DNA from: Yuukianura sp. NJ FZ-2021 | Taxonomy: Eukaryota | Length of the DNA: 64,000 bases | Assembly: GCA_046563655.1 (NCBI GenBank) | Contig: CM102289.1 | Coordinates: 806,001 to 870,000 of the forward strand | Direction of reading: 5' to 3' | Notes under the pieces: generated by a model | What the model saw: only the letters and a program-made list of their open reading frames with translations | The model's database searches: none | What the model was told of the DNA's origin: nothing | Translations under genes and position numbers: made by a program | Part shown: in pieces, positions 10,271-25,300 of the stretch | Position numbering within the stretch: position 1 is the first letter of the stretch | How the letters are laid out: every line of letters begins with the position of its first letter

Positions 10271-11050
10271 CGGAGGATAGCAAAGTCTGGTTGTTTACCT
10301 CTAGTGAGCTAGGAGGTAGCCATTGTGCTGTGGACAACACTGCCAACCTTACTTTTGCTTCCTTGGTGCTGCTTTTTTGGATGTGCCCGGCTGTGGTTTC
10401 GGGGGTATATGAAATACTAAGGAGCTAAAATTAATCGAATACTAAAGCTAATTTTGCGTCTCCTTCATTTCCTTCTGCTCGGAAGACTAGAAATGGAGAA
10501 GTGGAAAAGTGGTTGGTGGGTCCGGTGGCACACTGAGGTCAATCAAACGATTGACCTTTCAATATCTCTGAAGACTAGGATTCTGGACAGATTCCGACGG
10601 AGGTTGGATTTGAAATGAGGAAGTAGGGAAACCCTAAGCATCGCAGATAAGGCATGATACTAACTGTGATGAATTGTTTAAAGTAGCTGATCAGATCGTC
10701 ATTGAAATTTTTCGAAGAAGTGACCCACTACGTAAGCATTTGTTGATTGACAACTACTCAGCTTCAGAAATGTCTTGTCTCGTTCTATCGTTGTCTCTCC
10801 AACTCGGGTGGTTCCTTCCATTTCTTTGCTCAGTTGTGCGTTGGCTATCTGAATGTTAGTATTTGTTGTTCCCTCTTTTGTTCAAAATAAATTTGCGTCT
10901 CTGGGCCTTGGGGCAAGAGAGGCTGGAAATTTATTTTGAGGCAAATTCAAACCCAAAATACACTAAGAACGGAAGTCATGCTTAGGCCAAGGTATGATCG
11001 ACCATTTTGTCGTACGTAATTTAAGGTTCTAAGCGGAAAAACGTACGGAA

Positions 11051-11096
11051 GGACAAAGTCGTATCAATATTCTTCGTAGACAAGCGTCTCTCGAAA
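11051..11096 (-). mobile_element. Degenerate Helentron/HINE 5'-end remnant
   Basis: GGACAAAGTCGTATCAATATTCTTCGTAGACAAGCGTCTC matches 25297-25346 (GACAAAGTCGTATCAATAGTCTTC...CGTAGACATGCGTCTC) with an internal deletion. Confidence 0.65.
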
Positions 11097-12409
11097 AATA
11101 AAATGGTTCAATATCCTTAGACTTTTAGATTTAGCTTCTATTCATTATTTAAATTTTGCTCAAAACGAAACCGATAATTTAAATCAAATAATTTATAGTA
11201 AACTTTAATAAATTAGCTTGACACGTAGTGACTAAAACAATTCAATTCCTGTATCTAATTAATCCTATTACACATTAGTCCTCATAGCACTATCAATATT
11301 GTCTGGGAATTTTAGAGAATTTTTTTTTTGTAGAAATTGCTAAAAAAAAGTCTATTAGGTTAACAATATAATATATCCTTAGAAAATAAATTCGACTAAA
11401 AGTATGTTTTAAGACGATTATACTGATCAGATCCAAATTTTATTTTATTCTATCTGAATTTTGATTGTCATGAGAGTATTGGAGATTTTGAATTAGGTAT
11501 TCGAAATTCGTACTTTACGTATTTACGTACTTTATCCGTACGAATGTTTGAACCTGAATGAAACATAATCCTTTGATTGGTTCCATTTGCCAAATGCAAA
11601 AGCTTATTTGAGCTTACCACTAGGGAGCTCATTTTCATGAACTGTCACGCGGCAAAAACCATAGCAAACTTTCCCTCACTTTCACTCAACTATCGATTCG
11701 AATTCGACACCAATTCACATACATTGAGCTCCAACCAGTCCGATGCTAATCAATCATAGTTATTTCAGTTTTTTTTAAAATGACTATGACTAAATTAATT
11801 AACATTTTGTCAAAATGATGTTTACTTGTTTTTTTTTGGCACTAAATTGCTTCACGACACACCAGATGCATAATACATAACATTACGTAAAAAGTTACTA
11901 TGTCGAACGCCGTTGAACTTGAATTCCATGATGTTTAATGTTAAGTTTTTCTTTTTTTTACAATCGAGTTTGGTAGAAATGCGACGTCCTTCCATTCGTA
12001 TTTGAGCTACAGTTGAAAATTGAATTTTTGAAATGCAATGTGTCAATGTTTGGCACGCAAACTTTTCCACCTCTGCTGTTCCAGCGCACGAGGAAAAAAA
12101 AACGAACAGAGAAATTTTCGAAACATCCGAAAAGGAGGGACGAAATTTTTAGCGCCAAAATTCAAAATTCGAAATGGCCAAATCGACATTTGCTCTTTCA
12201 AGAAAAAAAGTTAGGGGAAACCTTTGAATTTTGTTCCATGGACAAAAATCACGTTAGTTTGAAAGCTAAAATTTGTTTTTGATTTGTTTCTCGTTTGAAG
12301 TAGTATCCACCCTCTCTCTTCATATTTATAAAGGTCATATTTAAAATACTGTAGTCTTTAGTATAGGAAGTTTGAAGTTTTGCGCCAAGAAGTTAGTGTA
12401 TGCAAAACC

Positions 12410-12643
12410 AGTTCGTTTTATAACCACATCCCTCTGACTTAAGGGTGGTTTTGAGGAGGTTTTGCAACCCAGCGACTAAGGTAAAACTCCTGTGCTTCCG
12501 GATTTCGGTCTTTCACAATTCAGGAAGACGCTGGAGTGAAAGCTACTCGAAAAAGTTCCACAAATTTTCACCAAGAGAAAGCTAGACCCTGGTCGCTGAA
12601 TTTGCATCCGGTTCTTACTGCTCCAAAAGCAACAGGGGTGAGT
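12410..12643 (+). promoter_or_regulatory. Putative promoter and 5' UTR exon of the MIP gene
   Basis: TATA-like TTTATAA at ~12417, a relatively GC-richer stretch, then donor GG|GTGAGT at 12638. The first coding exon is preceded by an acceptor TTTCAG (15135), which requires an upstream exon. The pairing is inferred. Confidence 0.35.
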
Positions 12644-14787
12644 ACAACATTGTGGTTCAAAGTTACACTTTTAAAAAGAAACTGAAGAAAATATCAAAAT
12701 CCAAAAAATTCATGACAAAAGTTTGGTCTTAAATTTGGAAAGCAATGTCTCCAAAAAATTGCAAGCGTCATTATTTTATTTTACAACGGAAATAACGAAA
12801 ACGTTTACTTTATTGAGTTTTCTAAAAAGTTGATGAACATTTGTACTCTTTTTGTGTTTTCAGAAATGTCCTTTGTATTTCTAAAATTCAATAGTTTTTT
12901 AAATGGACGAATGAAGACGGAGGAAATACATAGGTTTTTCTAAAGTCCTTAACCTAGAATTTAACAAATTAATGATATTTTTCCAAGATTTTTTTCTCGT
13001 AAAGGTCGCAAAGCATACATAACTTAACATTTTTAGTTGATTCGATTTTGGAATTGGTTTGTGAATGTCCTCGTCCAGTAATTACGTCAGAGTATGGTTA
13101 ATTAACAAGAAATTCCTGGAAAGGGGCGTGGCTAAGACAGAAAAGTTCTCTACAACAATTGAATCGATACTGGAAATCGCTAATGATACCTACCCCAGCA
13201 TCATTTCTTCTAATAGGCACATTTCGAAAACGAAAATAATTTACCTAGAGTCAATATTTCACATCGTTTTCGAAACCCATTTTCCAATATAGTCCAAGTA
13301 CACTCCCACTTTTCCATGAGAATGTTTACTCAAAATTATTTCGTTTCACCTTTACTCCCACAAAGCTTTTGGTTTTCAAATTCTAAAAAGCTAGTAAAAG
13401 CCCCAACAAAAGCATTTCATTTTAGTTGGCATTTATTTTATGTTGGATTCCATTTTTATGTAAATTTTTTTAAAAATGTTCTAACAGCACCATTTCCAAA
13501 ACAAACTTTAGATAACAATGAAACTCCGTCGTTTACTCCATTACTGATGTTCATTTATTTTGCTTTTCAAAAACTAGTTGTCAAATTTTCCAATTTTCAA
13601 CTCCTGTTTGAAAATTTTACGTCGATGTAACTGGTCGTGGCTATAGGAGTTAATGGGCTTGTTTTTTGTTACGACAAATTGCAAATTTTCGGATGAATTT
13701 TGATAAAGGGCTGGAAAATAAAAAACTGAAAAAAAAATTGAATTCTGTCTCACAAATTCGGGCTTTCTAGAATAGGAATTTCGCTTTTCTATAAGAAAAA
13801 TTTCGTTTTTCTAAAGGGAATTTTGGTTTTCTTGAAGCCTAGGGGGTGAATTTCGCGCCGCAAATTGCAAATTTTGAGGGAAATTCAAAAACGCTCGAGT
13901 GGATTTCGGATTTTAATTTAATCCCTTAGAGCGAATAAGATTTTCAGAACTAAATCAAACTTTCTGGGAAATCCGCCAACATATGAAAGTGAATTCAGCC
14001 AATTGGAAGGAAAGTGAGAAGGTTTTAGCACGCATGAGAAATTAATTTGGATGTAAATCCTGTTGACTTCTTTCCCACATCTTCATTCATCGCATTTCCC
14101 CCCGCGGCAACCAATATTGTTTGGACATCTTTTTAAAAAAGGCGGGAGATTATGACTTTTAGTTATTGACTCAACAGGAACCTCCGAAATTGCAATCTCT
14201 TCAAATTTTTATGAATTCCTGGAAAGAAGGCTTTGCTCTAGGAAAAGAAAAATTTCTTTCGAAAAAAGCATTTTCTTAGAAAATCATCGCCCGAGGCACT
14301 ATCAATTTCACATTGAAAAATACAAGGCGCAAAGTGGGAGAAAGTGTTTGGTTAAAGTGAAAACTGATTTTTTGGTTTGTCGCGCTTTTTTTCCGCCAAA
14401 ATTCAAACTCGTTATCTTAAAAAACGTGAAAGTTAAAGAGCTCTTGAGTTTTGTCTTGGAGGCAAAAACGAACCTGTTTGGATTTTCACTTCGTTTTTTT
14501 GTGATATGGAAAGATCCAAATCTCTTCCAAAGAAAAATCCCATTTTTCCGGATTTTGAAAAGGTGTTGAAGCCTCTAGACTTCTTTTTTATAAAAAAAAA
14601 AGAAGCTTTTTCGAATCTTATAATGGGAAGAGGTGAATGCCAATAGAAAGTAGTCGGAGCGTTAAGAATTTTGGTGGACGAGGATTATGCTTTTTTGAAA
14701 ATTGAAAAAGTGAAGATCCTGAAAAAAAAAACGTTCATGCTTAAAGTCCATTTCAAGTTATTTGTGTGACAGACAAAGCATGCGTCA

Positions 14788-14891
14788 TAGATTTATTTCT
14801 TTATGTTTATTTATTGTTTTTCTTTATAGATTTATTTATTAGTATAGATTTATTGTTTCTTTTATAGATTTATTTATTAGTATAGATTTAC
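14788..14891. repeat. Short AT-rich degenerate minisatellite
   Basis: Repeated TAGATTTATT / TATAGATTTATTTATTAGTATAGATTTA units. Confidence 0.7.
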
Positions 14892-15144
14892 CAATTATAT
14901 TTTAATAAAAAATTTTTCTTCAAAAATGTGCTTTCCAAAAAAATTTTGTTCAATGCAAGCTATTTTAAAAATGGTAAAGCAATAATTCCGAGTCGTGTTC
15001 AAAAAATAATTGCTCTGTGGGTTGATAATTGTTTGAAAATTTGAATATTTCTCCACGTGTTGTATCGATTTTAAGCTGGTCTTCGCAGGTTGGACACTAG
15101 ACAAAATTTCGTTTTTCAAAATTTTGAAATTTCAGAATTTGAAA

Positions 15145-17050
15145 ATGATTTCGACTGTCCATTGGCTGGTTCTGTTCTACTGCTCAAGTACGATTCTGCT
15201 GTCAATGACTTCAGCGGCTTCCCTTGATGGAAAATCTGCTTCCAATTTCATGAACTTTGACCCAGATGAAGTTGACCAAGGAAGCAAAAGAGCATGGAAG
15301 GACGTCTCTGGCTCATGGGGCAAAAGAGGCTGGAATGACCTCGAGGTATGACTTTAAAAAAAAAATTCGAAAAAGAAATTTTCTGAAATTTTTTCGTTTC
15401 TTTCTAAAATGAGACTTAGAAGTAGAAAGCTTAGGTTGTAGCCCTGCCACAGGCTTCTCTTTATGATTAAATTGCACAAAAATTTCCACCGCCCTTGCGA
15501 GTGTTTTTGAAGTCCACAAACTGATTTTAATTTGATTTTTAAAAGGTGATTGATTCAGAGTAGGAAAGTTTCAAAAATAGAAGAAAAAGTTTTCCCCTCT
15601 TTTTTCAAAAATCAAGGCATCCATTCTCTAGCTCACTTCAAAAGAATTCCACTTCTATATTTTTGAACCAAGTTTTTCAATTTTCAAAAACTCCCGCGCT
15701 TTTCTATAGAAATTTTTTTTACTCTTCGCCTCCGTCCATCATTCACCACTTTGTACAAAATTCATAACTTTTGAACAAAAATCCAGGAGATTTTAAGACA
15801 GTTTTTTTTGGAATTAAAGAACGATTTGCTTAAGCAAATTCTGAAATTCAAAAAAATTCCTTTTTTTGAAACGTGTCGATTCATAATTTTTAGAATTCGT
15901 GGGGAAAGCGAGCGTGGGAACGTTTAAATGGAGCGTGGGGAAAGCGCCTGACGCTGAATCCAGAAGAGTCATTGGAAACTGATTTTGTGAACGAAATTAG
16001 CAAGAGGCCTGAATGGAGTAAGTTCAAAGGTAAGAACAGAGTAGGCCATTAGTTAGGTTTGTAGGTTAACCTTACCTCTCCATCTCCCACTTAGCATTAC
16101 GTGTGACAAATTTTCAACTTTGACGCCAAAAAAAGAGAAAGCGGAGGAAGAAAAGCGATATGCAACAGTTGTCATTTCCAACTTACGCCACGTCACTTTT
16201 CATTTTTTCTTAAGGAAAATTTTCTCTTTTTCAAAAGTTCTTAGAACTCAAAAATCAAAAACAAAGTCCCAACCTGTGTCATTGTTAAAACTTGAAAAGT
16301 TTTCTCCAGTTTCGTTTGTTCTCATGTCTTGCTGTGTGACTGTAACACACGAAAGCTTTCCGCTCTTCCTTTTTTAAAAATTTATGAAAAGGCGGGAAAT
16401 CAGTGCTGCTCATTCACAACTTTCTCATGATTTAAATCACTCTCCGTTTTTATCGAAGTTTCTTTCAAAAACAACTCTTTTTTTAATGCTTCGCTTCAAA
16501 CCAAAAACCGTCGTTGTTCCTCAATTCCGGAATTCAGAAATTTTCCAAACTTAAAAAGATGAGGAGCAAACCACCTTCTACTTGTAAAAACATCAGAATG
16601 TTTTTTTTAAAATAATTTTTTTCATTTTGGGAAATAATCAATAAAAAGTAAGTTTTAGCAACCTTACCAATTTTTTCCAAAACGAAAAATGAACATTTCG
16701 CATTACTTTTGTTGCGCATGCAATATATTTCACACACATTCTTATATGAATAGGACGTACGGAATTAATTAACGAATTGAAATTAATTAGACCTGGAATG
16801 TGCTGAGTAATTAACAAACCGGAAAAAGAGAAACAACGTCAGTTGTGTTTTATTAATGTCTTTTTTGCATTGTTTCTTAGGTTCTTGGGGAAAGCGAGTA
16901 GTTCCGGAGGGAGACAGAGCTGGCTGGGCTAATCTTAAGGGTCTCTGGGGCAAACGACGACCATGGGAAGTAGAAGGCGGGGGACTTGGAAAAATGGACT
17001 CCAAGGGACCCCTTGAGACCCTGCACTCCCTTAAAATCACTTCAGAGTGA
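15145..17050 (+). CDS. Mip: Myoinhibitory peptide / allatostatin-B (W-X6-Wamide) prepropeptide, 168 aa
   Basis: Exons 15145-15345, 15894-16029 and 16881-17050 have GT-AG boundaries and stay in frame. A hydrophobic signal peptide is followed by GKR-terminated peptides AWKDVSGSW, GWNDLENSW, AWERLNGAW, PEWSKFKGSW and (VVPEGDR)AGWANLKGLW. Confidence 0.95.
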
Positions 17051-18040
17051 AGGGATTCACCCGATTCCTGGAAGAATCCGACAATAGATGGCCATACTCT
17101 AGTAATACCCGGAATGTTTAGTCTAGGAATGACAATGTTACGTCGTTCTACTTTTCATGCTTGTCAACAACCCACTATTTCAAATTGAAACAACTCCCGC
17201 TCTGTCATGTCACCAACTCCCATCGACTTTTTTGTCTCAACGACTCCAAACTAATTACTTAACTCGAGCTAATGAATTTCCAAGGGAATTGGTTTTTATA
17301 GCTCTACAAACTCAATTCTAAGCTTCTAAAAGTAGAAATAATTTAGCTATGAGGCATTTCATGGAATGCAGTTACGTTAACCTAACCAACCGAACGTATG
17401 ACGTCGAAGGAATTTGAGGTTAGGATGATTTAAGAGCAAGGAATCACGGAATGGAAAGAGCGGGAAAACTAAAAAGTGAAAGTGAATGGAAAATGGAATG
17501 ACGGAGGTTATATTTTAAATCCAGGCAGTTAATTGAATTAAACTTTTAGATTAAGGTAGTTCCCACGAAATTAATCCTCACCTTTACTCTGAATTACTTA
17601 TTTAGTTAATTGCATTAAAACCTTAATCGGATTTGTTTCAACACACCTTTTCTTGAACTGTTCTTTGGACGAAATACCGTAAAAGCTCAAAAACGGTCTC
17701 GAATATGAAAAATTTCTTTTCTAAAAAGAGAGTCTTTTTTCAGTCAAAACTAAAGTGATTTTGACTAAAATTTTTTTTTTATTCTAGGTTTTTCTAGCCC
17801 GTTTTGAATTTTTTAACTGGAAGCATTACTCGTGCGTGATCAATCAACTAGGAAATCGATTCCAGTTAACACAATGTCAAAGTCATCAATAATTTACGGA
17901 ATATTGACAAAAACTGGACATGGACACGGTCATTTTCTCAAGTGCTAACAAACCTAATTTCCAGATCAAGGTATTTTAGGAAATGAAAAAATCTTTGTGG
18001 TTACCAAATGTCAGCTGACTTTTGATTCCAAAATCAATTA

Positions 18041-18090
18041 CAGCAGAACCTCTCATTTCACAACACATTGTGTAATGAGAGGTTCTCCTG
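18041..18090. mobile_element. 50-bp foldback mini-MITE, Tc1/mariner (pogo/Tigger)-like
   Basis: TA|CAGCAGAACCTCTCATTTCACAA-caca-TTGTGTAATGAGAGGTTCTCCTG|TA: 23-bp imperfect TIRs beginning CAG, flanked by TA. Confidence 0.7.
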
Positions 18091-18244
18091 TACGGACGAC
18101 CAGCTGTTTTTTTTATCTTGCGCTAGATTTATTCAAGTTGACGCTTGGCGGGAACATATTTGAAAGCTAAGTCCAAAATTTTGGATCTAATGCTTGACTT
18201 CTTCGATTTCATTAAACTAAACAGTTTACTGGAGTTACTGAAGC

Positions 18245-20448
<2,204 letters not shown>

Positions 20449-21082
20449 GATTCGTTTCCTAATCTGAGACGGAGAACGACGTCAATTCGTTAACGAAGGT
20501 ACGCCTACTCTCTCTGCGAAGAAATCTAAATTGAATTAAGAATTACTACTGAAATTGAAATTTTTCTGAACCTCGAATTATATTTTGAGTGAGTGTAGAA
20601 TGGTTTGTGACGGGCTTACCTAAAAAGCGGAGAGCAGATTCCGCGGATTGTTTCCGAGGAATAGTCGACCCAACTTATACCGCGTTTAACTGCTTTCGTG
20701 CTCATAACTTAACTGTTAAAAATAATTAATTTAAACTCAAGTTGGAAAATGAATTTAACCTGCGAGAAATTCAGTCTCTCCCGAAAATTGGCCTTCAATT
20801 CCAAAGATCCTCATCAAATCATTGCGAATACGACGTATGACGTTGAGAAATGCCCCAATGTTACTAATTATCGATTAAGTCGGTAGAATTACGTTTTTCA
20901 ATGTAAACTAACAAAGACAAATATCTGAAATTGCACCCGACGCCAATAGCAGAAATATTAGGATTAGGCTGCTATTGATCTCATAATCCGCTAATTCCGT
21001 GGATTAGTAGCACAATTGTTGTTGTTGAAAAGGTTGACGTACGGTTTGGGTTATAGAATTGCATATAAAATTATAAAATTAT

Positions 21083-22834
21083 AAAATTGCAAACCGAAAT
21101 TATGCATGTGAAAGCCCATCTGAAGTGTCCCAAGCTCAATTTTTCACCAAAAAATTATTTTTTTCATTTATAACTCACCAAATAGTCATTCGGGACTATC
21201 TGAGGAGTCAAAATTGCAAACCGAGATTATGCTTGTGAAAGCCCATCTGAAGTGTTCCAAGCTCAATTTTTCACCAAAAAATTATTTTTTTCATTAAATA
21301 CTCCTCAAAAAGTCATTCTGGGCTATCTGAGATGTCAAAATTGCAAACCGAGATTATGCTTGTGAAAGCCCATCTGAAGTGTTCCAAGCTCAATTTTTCA
21401 CCAAAAAATTATTTTTTTCATTAAATACTCCTCAAAAAGTCATTCTGGGCTATCTGAGATGTCAAAATTGCAAACCGAGATTATGCTTGTGAAAGCCCAT
21501 CTGAAGTGTTCCAAGCTCAATTTTTCTCCGAAAAATCCATTTTTTTCATTTATAACTCACCAAAAAGTCATTCTGGGCTATCTGAGGAGTCAAAATTGCA
21601 AACCGAGATTATGCTTGTGAAAGCCCATCTGAAGTGTTCCAAGCTCAATTTTTCACCAAAAAATATTTTTGTTCAATTAATACTCCTCAAAAAGTCATTC
21701 TGGGCTATCTGAGATGTCAAAATTGCAAACCGAGATTATGCTTCTGAAAGCCCATCTGAAGTGTTCCAAGCTCAATTTTTCACCAAAAAATTATTTTTTT
21801 CATTAAATACTCCTCAAAAAGTCATTCTGGGCTATCTGAGATGTCAAAATTGCAAACCGAGATTATGCTTGTGAAAGCCCATCTGAAGTGTTCCAAGCTC
21901 AATTTTTCTCCGAAAAATCCATTTTTTTCATTTATAACTCACCAAAAAGTCATTCTGGGCTATCTGAGGAGTCAAAATTGCAAACCGAGATTATGCTTGT
22001 GAAAGCCCATCTGAAGTGTTCCAAGCTCAATTTTTCACCAAAAAATTATTTTTTTCATTAAATACTCCTCAAAAAGTCATTCTGGGCTATCTGAGATGTC
22101 AAAATTGCAAACCGAGATTATGCTTGTGAAAGCCCATCTGACGTGTTCCAAGCTCAATTTTTCACCAAAAAATTATTTTTTTCATTAAATACTCCTCAAA
22201 AAGTCATTCTGGGCTATCTGAGATGTCAAAATTGCAAACCGAGATTATGCTTCTGAAAGCCCATCTGAAGTGTTCCAAGCTCAATTTTTCACCAAAAAAT
22301 ATTTTTGTTCATTAAATACTCCTCAAAAAGTCATTCTGGGCTATCTGAGATGTCAAAATTGCAAACCGAGATTATGCTTCTGAAAGCCCATCTGACGTGT
22401 TCCAAGCTCAATTTTTCACCAAAAAATTATTTTTTTCATTAAATACTCCTCAAAAAGTCATTCTGGGCTATCTGAGATGTCAAAATTGCAAACCGAGATT
22501 ATGCTTGTGAAAGCCCATCTGACGTGTTCCAAGCTCAATTTTTCACCAAAAAATTATTTTTTTCATTAAATACTCCTCAAAAAGTCATTCTGGGCTATCT
22601 GAGATGTCAAAATTGCAAACCGAGATTATGCTTGTGAAAGCCCATCTGAAGTGTTCCAAGCTCAATTTTTCTCCGAAAAATCCATTTTTTTCATTTATAA
22701 CTCAAAAAGTCATTCTGGGCTATCTGAGGAGTCAAAATTGCAAACCGAGATTATGCTTCAGAAAGCCCATCTGAAGTGTTCCAAGCTCAATTTTTTCACC
22801 AAAAAATATTTTTGTTCAATTAATACTCCTCAAA
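21083..22834. repeat. 127-bp satellite DNA, proximal block (~14 monomers)
   Basis: Tandem monomer AAAATTGCAAACCGAGATTATGCTTGTGAAAGCCCATCTGAAGTGTTCCAAGCTCAATTTTTCACCAAAAAATTATTTTTTTCATTAAATACTCCTCAAAAAGTCATTCTGGGCTATCTGAGATGTC. The first monomer is the most divergent. Confidence 0.99.
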
Positions 22835-22987
22835 CAAGGTAGGGCAATGCTCAAGGGTTGAGCATTGGTCTTCTGGAGGCAGTTGACACTTGATACGACA
22901 TTCCAAATGACGACGAAGATGAAAGTACAAATCGCACTTAAAATTTATTTCAAAAATGCACGAAATCTATAATTGAGACTAGGCAAC

Positions 22988-24431
22988 TTAAGCTAGATCT
23001 GAGGCTTCTTTTAGTTTGCGTGGTGGTACAACTCTAGGACAAAGTGCGACGACATTCCGCTGAATTTGAAGCTGACTCTCTAAGCCAGGATTGATGGAAG
23101 ACAATTCTCGTTGCGAATCCGTGATCCAGGAATTAGAAAGTGATACCCCATGTTGTGAATACAAAGCTGATTGACATAAAACTTTAGCAGCGTCAACTAC
23201 TTTTTGTGGCCGTATATTTCCTGACGTGTAGTTCTTCTCCACGTGCATCTGACGGGCAAGCCGGAGATGCAGGACTGAATCGTCTGAAGGGAGGCGGGGC
23301 AGAGTTTGAACAATATTTGTAACGGAAACTGGAACATTCACAATTCTTCCCTTCGTCTTCAATTGACCTGAAAATATTGTTATTAGCAAAACTAATCAAA
23401 TTCTGAGCTTATTTCTGAACAATCGAACTGTACCTTGTGGTCCCTGGACAGCCCAAATCGCTTGAAAGACATGGTAGGGCGACACTAATCTGGCTTCCAA
23501 CCGTGTCAAAGACGCTACTTCAGATGGTACGGCCGGAAACTGGAGTCCATTGGTTAAGCACAGTCGAGAGCTATGACCAGATTTCACAGCAGCGTGGCAA
23601 GTAATACAAAATTGTCCTACAAGTTGGTTTGACGTGAAGATTGTGCTTGAGAAAGTTGTCATCAGACTTAGTACAATCGGATCTTCGTAGTTGCTTAATA
23701 GATTTTTTAAACCAGAGTCCACCACAGGAAATACATTCGTGTGATGGGCCTTCTCTGCATTTGTTTTCGAAGACCTCGACGACACAATCCCAGGACTCAT
23801 CATGAATTTGACGCAGTTGACGATGAGCTGCAGTATCTCGTTCTCGTTCCAGTTGTCTGTAGTCGTCATTTTCACGTAGTTGACGATGAGCTGCAGCATC
23901 CCGTTCTTGTTCCATTTCTCTGTAGTCGTCATTTTCACGTAGTTGACGATGAGCTGCAGCATCCCGTTCTTGTTCCATTTCTCTGTAGTCGTCATTTTCA
24001 CGTAGTTGACGATGAGCTGCAGCATCCCGTTCTTGTTCCATTTCCCTGTAGTCGTCATTTTCACGTAGTTGACGATGAGCTGCAGCATCCCGTTCTTGTT
24101 CCATTTCCCTGTAGTCGTCATTTTCACGTAGTTGACGATGAGCTGCAGCATCCCGTTCTTGTTCCATTTCTCTGTAGTCGTCATTTTCACGTAGTTGACG
24201 ATGAGCTGCAGCATCCCGTTCTTGTTCCATTTCTCTGTAGTCGTCATTTTCGCGTAGTTGACGATGAGCTGCAGCATCCCGTACTTGCTCTCCACGGCGG
24301 ATCCCTTCATCTAGCCGGGCAACTCCGTGAGAAATGATGTTTCTGCCTTGTTCTTCTTGTCTGCTAGATTCGACTGCCCTTATGAACTGCATTCGTCGTC
24401 TCGCTCTGGCTCGTCGGTGTGGATTTGACAT
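22988..24431 (-). pseudogene. Truncated Helentron RepHel N-terminus (charged repeats, Cys-rich motif, DUF6570-like domain)
   Basis: Reads ...CREGPSHECISCGGLWF..., frameshift at ~23630, CITCHAAVKSG...NGLQFPAVPSEVASLTRLEARLVSP..., intron 23433-23368, then GQLKTKGRIVNVP...LPR...IRPQKVVDAAKVLCQSALY. This pattern precedes the Rep domain in Helitron-like proteins. Rep and helicase motifs are absent. Confidence 0.78.
23812..24283 (-). repeat. Coding 63-bp tandem repeat (~7.5 copies of RDAAAHRQLRENDDYREMEQE)
   Basis: TGACGATGAG recurs at 23881, 23944 and onward, giving period 63. Copies are nearly identical. Confidence 0.97.
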
Positions 24432-25272
24432 AATTCTATCTGAAATAAAGAAATATCACGTAATTGGGTATTCCTTGATAGTGACACATAAAATTAGAAA
24501 CCACATTCTTACCCGACGAAAATGTATAAACTTGAATCTAAGATTGAGGTTATGTACTACTTAAATTATAACTGAGAATGGTGAATTAAACTGTAAACTA
24601 GACACTTGAGTGATACAGGTAAAAAACTATTGTCAGTTGATCATAATTGAGTAAAGTCATTATATGTTTAAGATGAGATCGTGTCAAAATTGCAAAAGTT
24701 CGTTTTGTAAATTACACTATGTAGCCAAAAATGTTTCAATACAATAGACAACTATTAAACAACCCCCACATAATGTATTGTCAAAGTTGCCATGGCAATA
24801 TACTATTATCACTTCTGCACTGAATTGATGTTGTTAATTTGTTGTGCACCAAATGCACAAAAATGAACGCTAGAGTGAGGGGTCGAATATGGCTTGTAAA
24901 AATCGAAATTATAAAAATTTCTAGTAACTGCAGCTTTGACCCCTGTAATGCACTATTCACATATTAAACACTTAAGCCAAATTTTCTACCCTCTGAGTTA
25001 AGTCTTAATTTAACAACGTAATTAAACATATTGCCAGAAAATGACCGGATCAAAACTTCGTTGTTTAAAGCTATATTTTGAGTGTAATCGTAACCAAAAT
25101 GTTTCCGGGAAACGACTGCACTTAGGGTGCATAAAGTGGCCGCCCATTTCCACGTTGTTAATATAACACTTTGAGTGCAATGTAGACTTAATGAAAACAC
25201 TTGAGGCATACATAACCCCCCGGACAAAATGGAGCTTATGTTTTAGCGCAAAAGATACTAAAAAAGCGAACG

Positions 25273-25300
25273 GACAGACAGACAGACAGACAGACAGACA
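25273..25300. repeat. (GACA)7 microsatellite in the Helentron 5' end
   Basis: Read directly. GTCY-type microsatellites near the 5' subTIR are characteristic of DINE-1/HINE elements. Confidence 0.95.

Noticed and set aside
14768..14786. GACAGACAAAGCATGCGTC as a collapsed HINE end
   Set aside because: Only two short words match, which cannot be distinguished from chance.
23741..24337. 198-aa plus-strand repeat ORF and the MLQLIVNYVK frame
   Set aside because: Shadow frames of the 63-bp repeat. Only the R/E/D-rich frame leads into the Cys motif.
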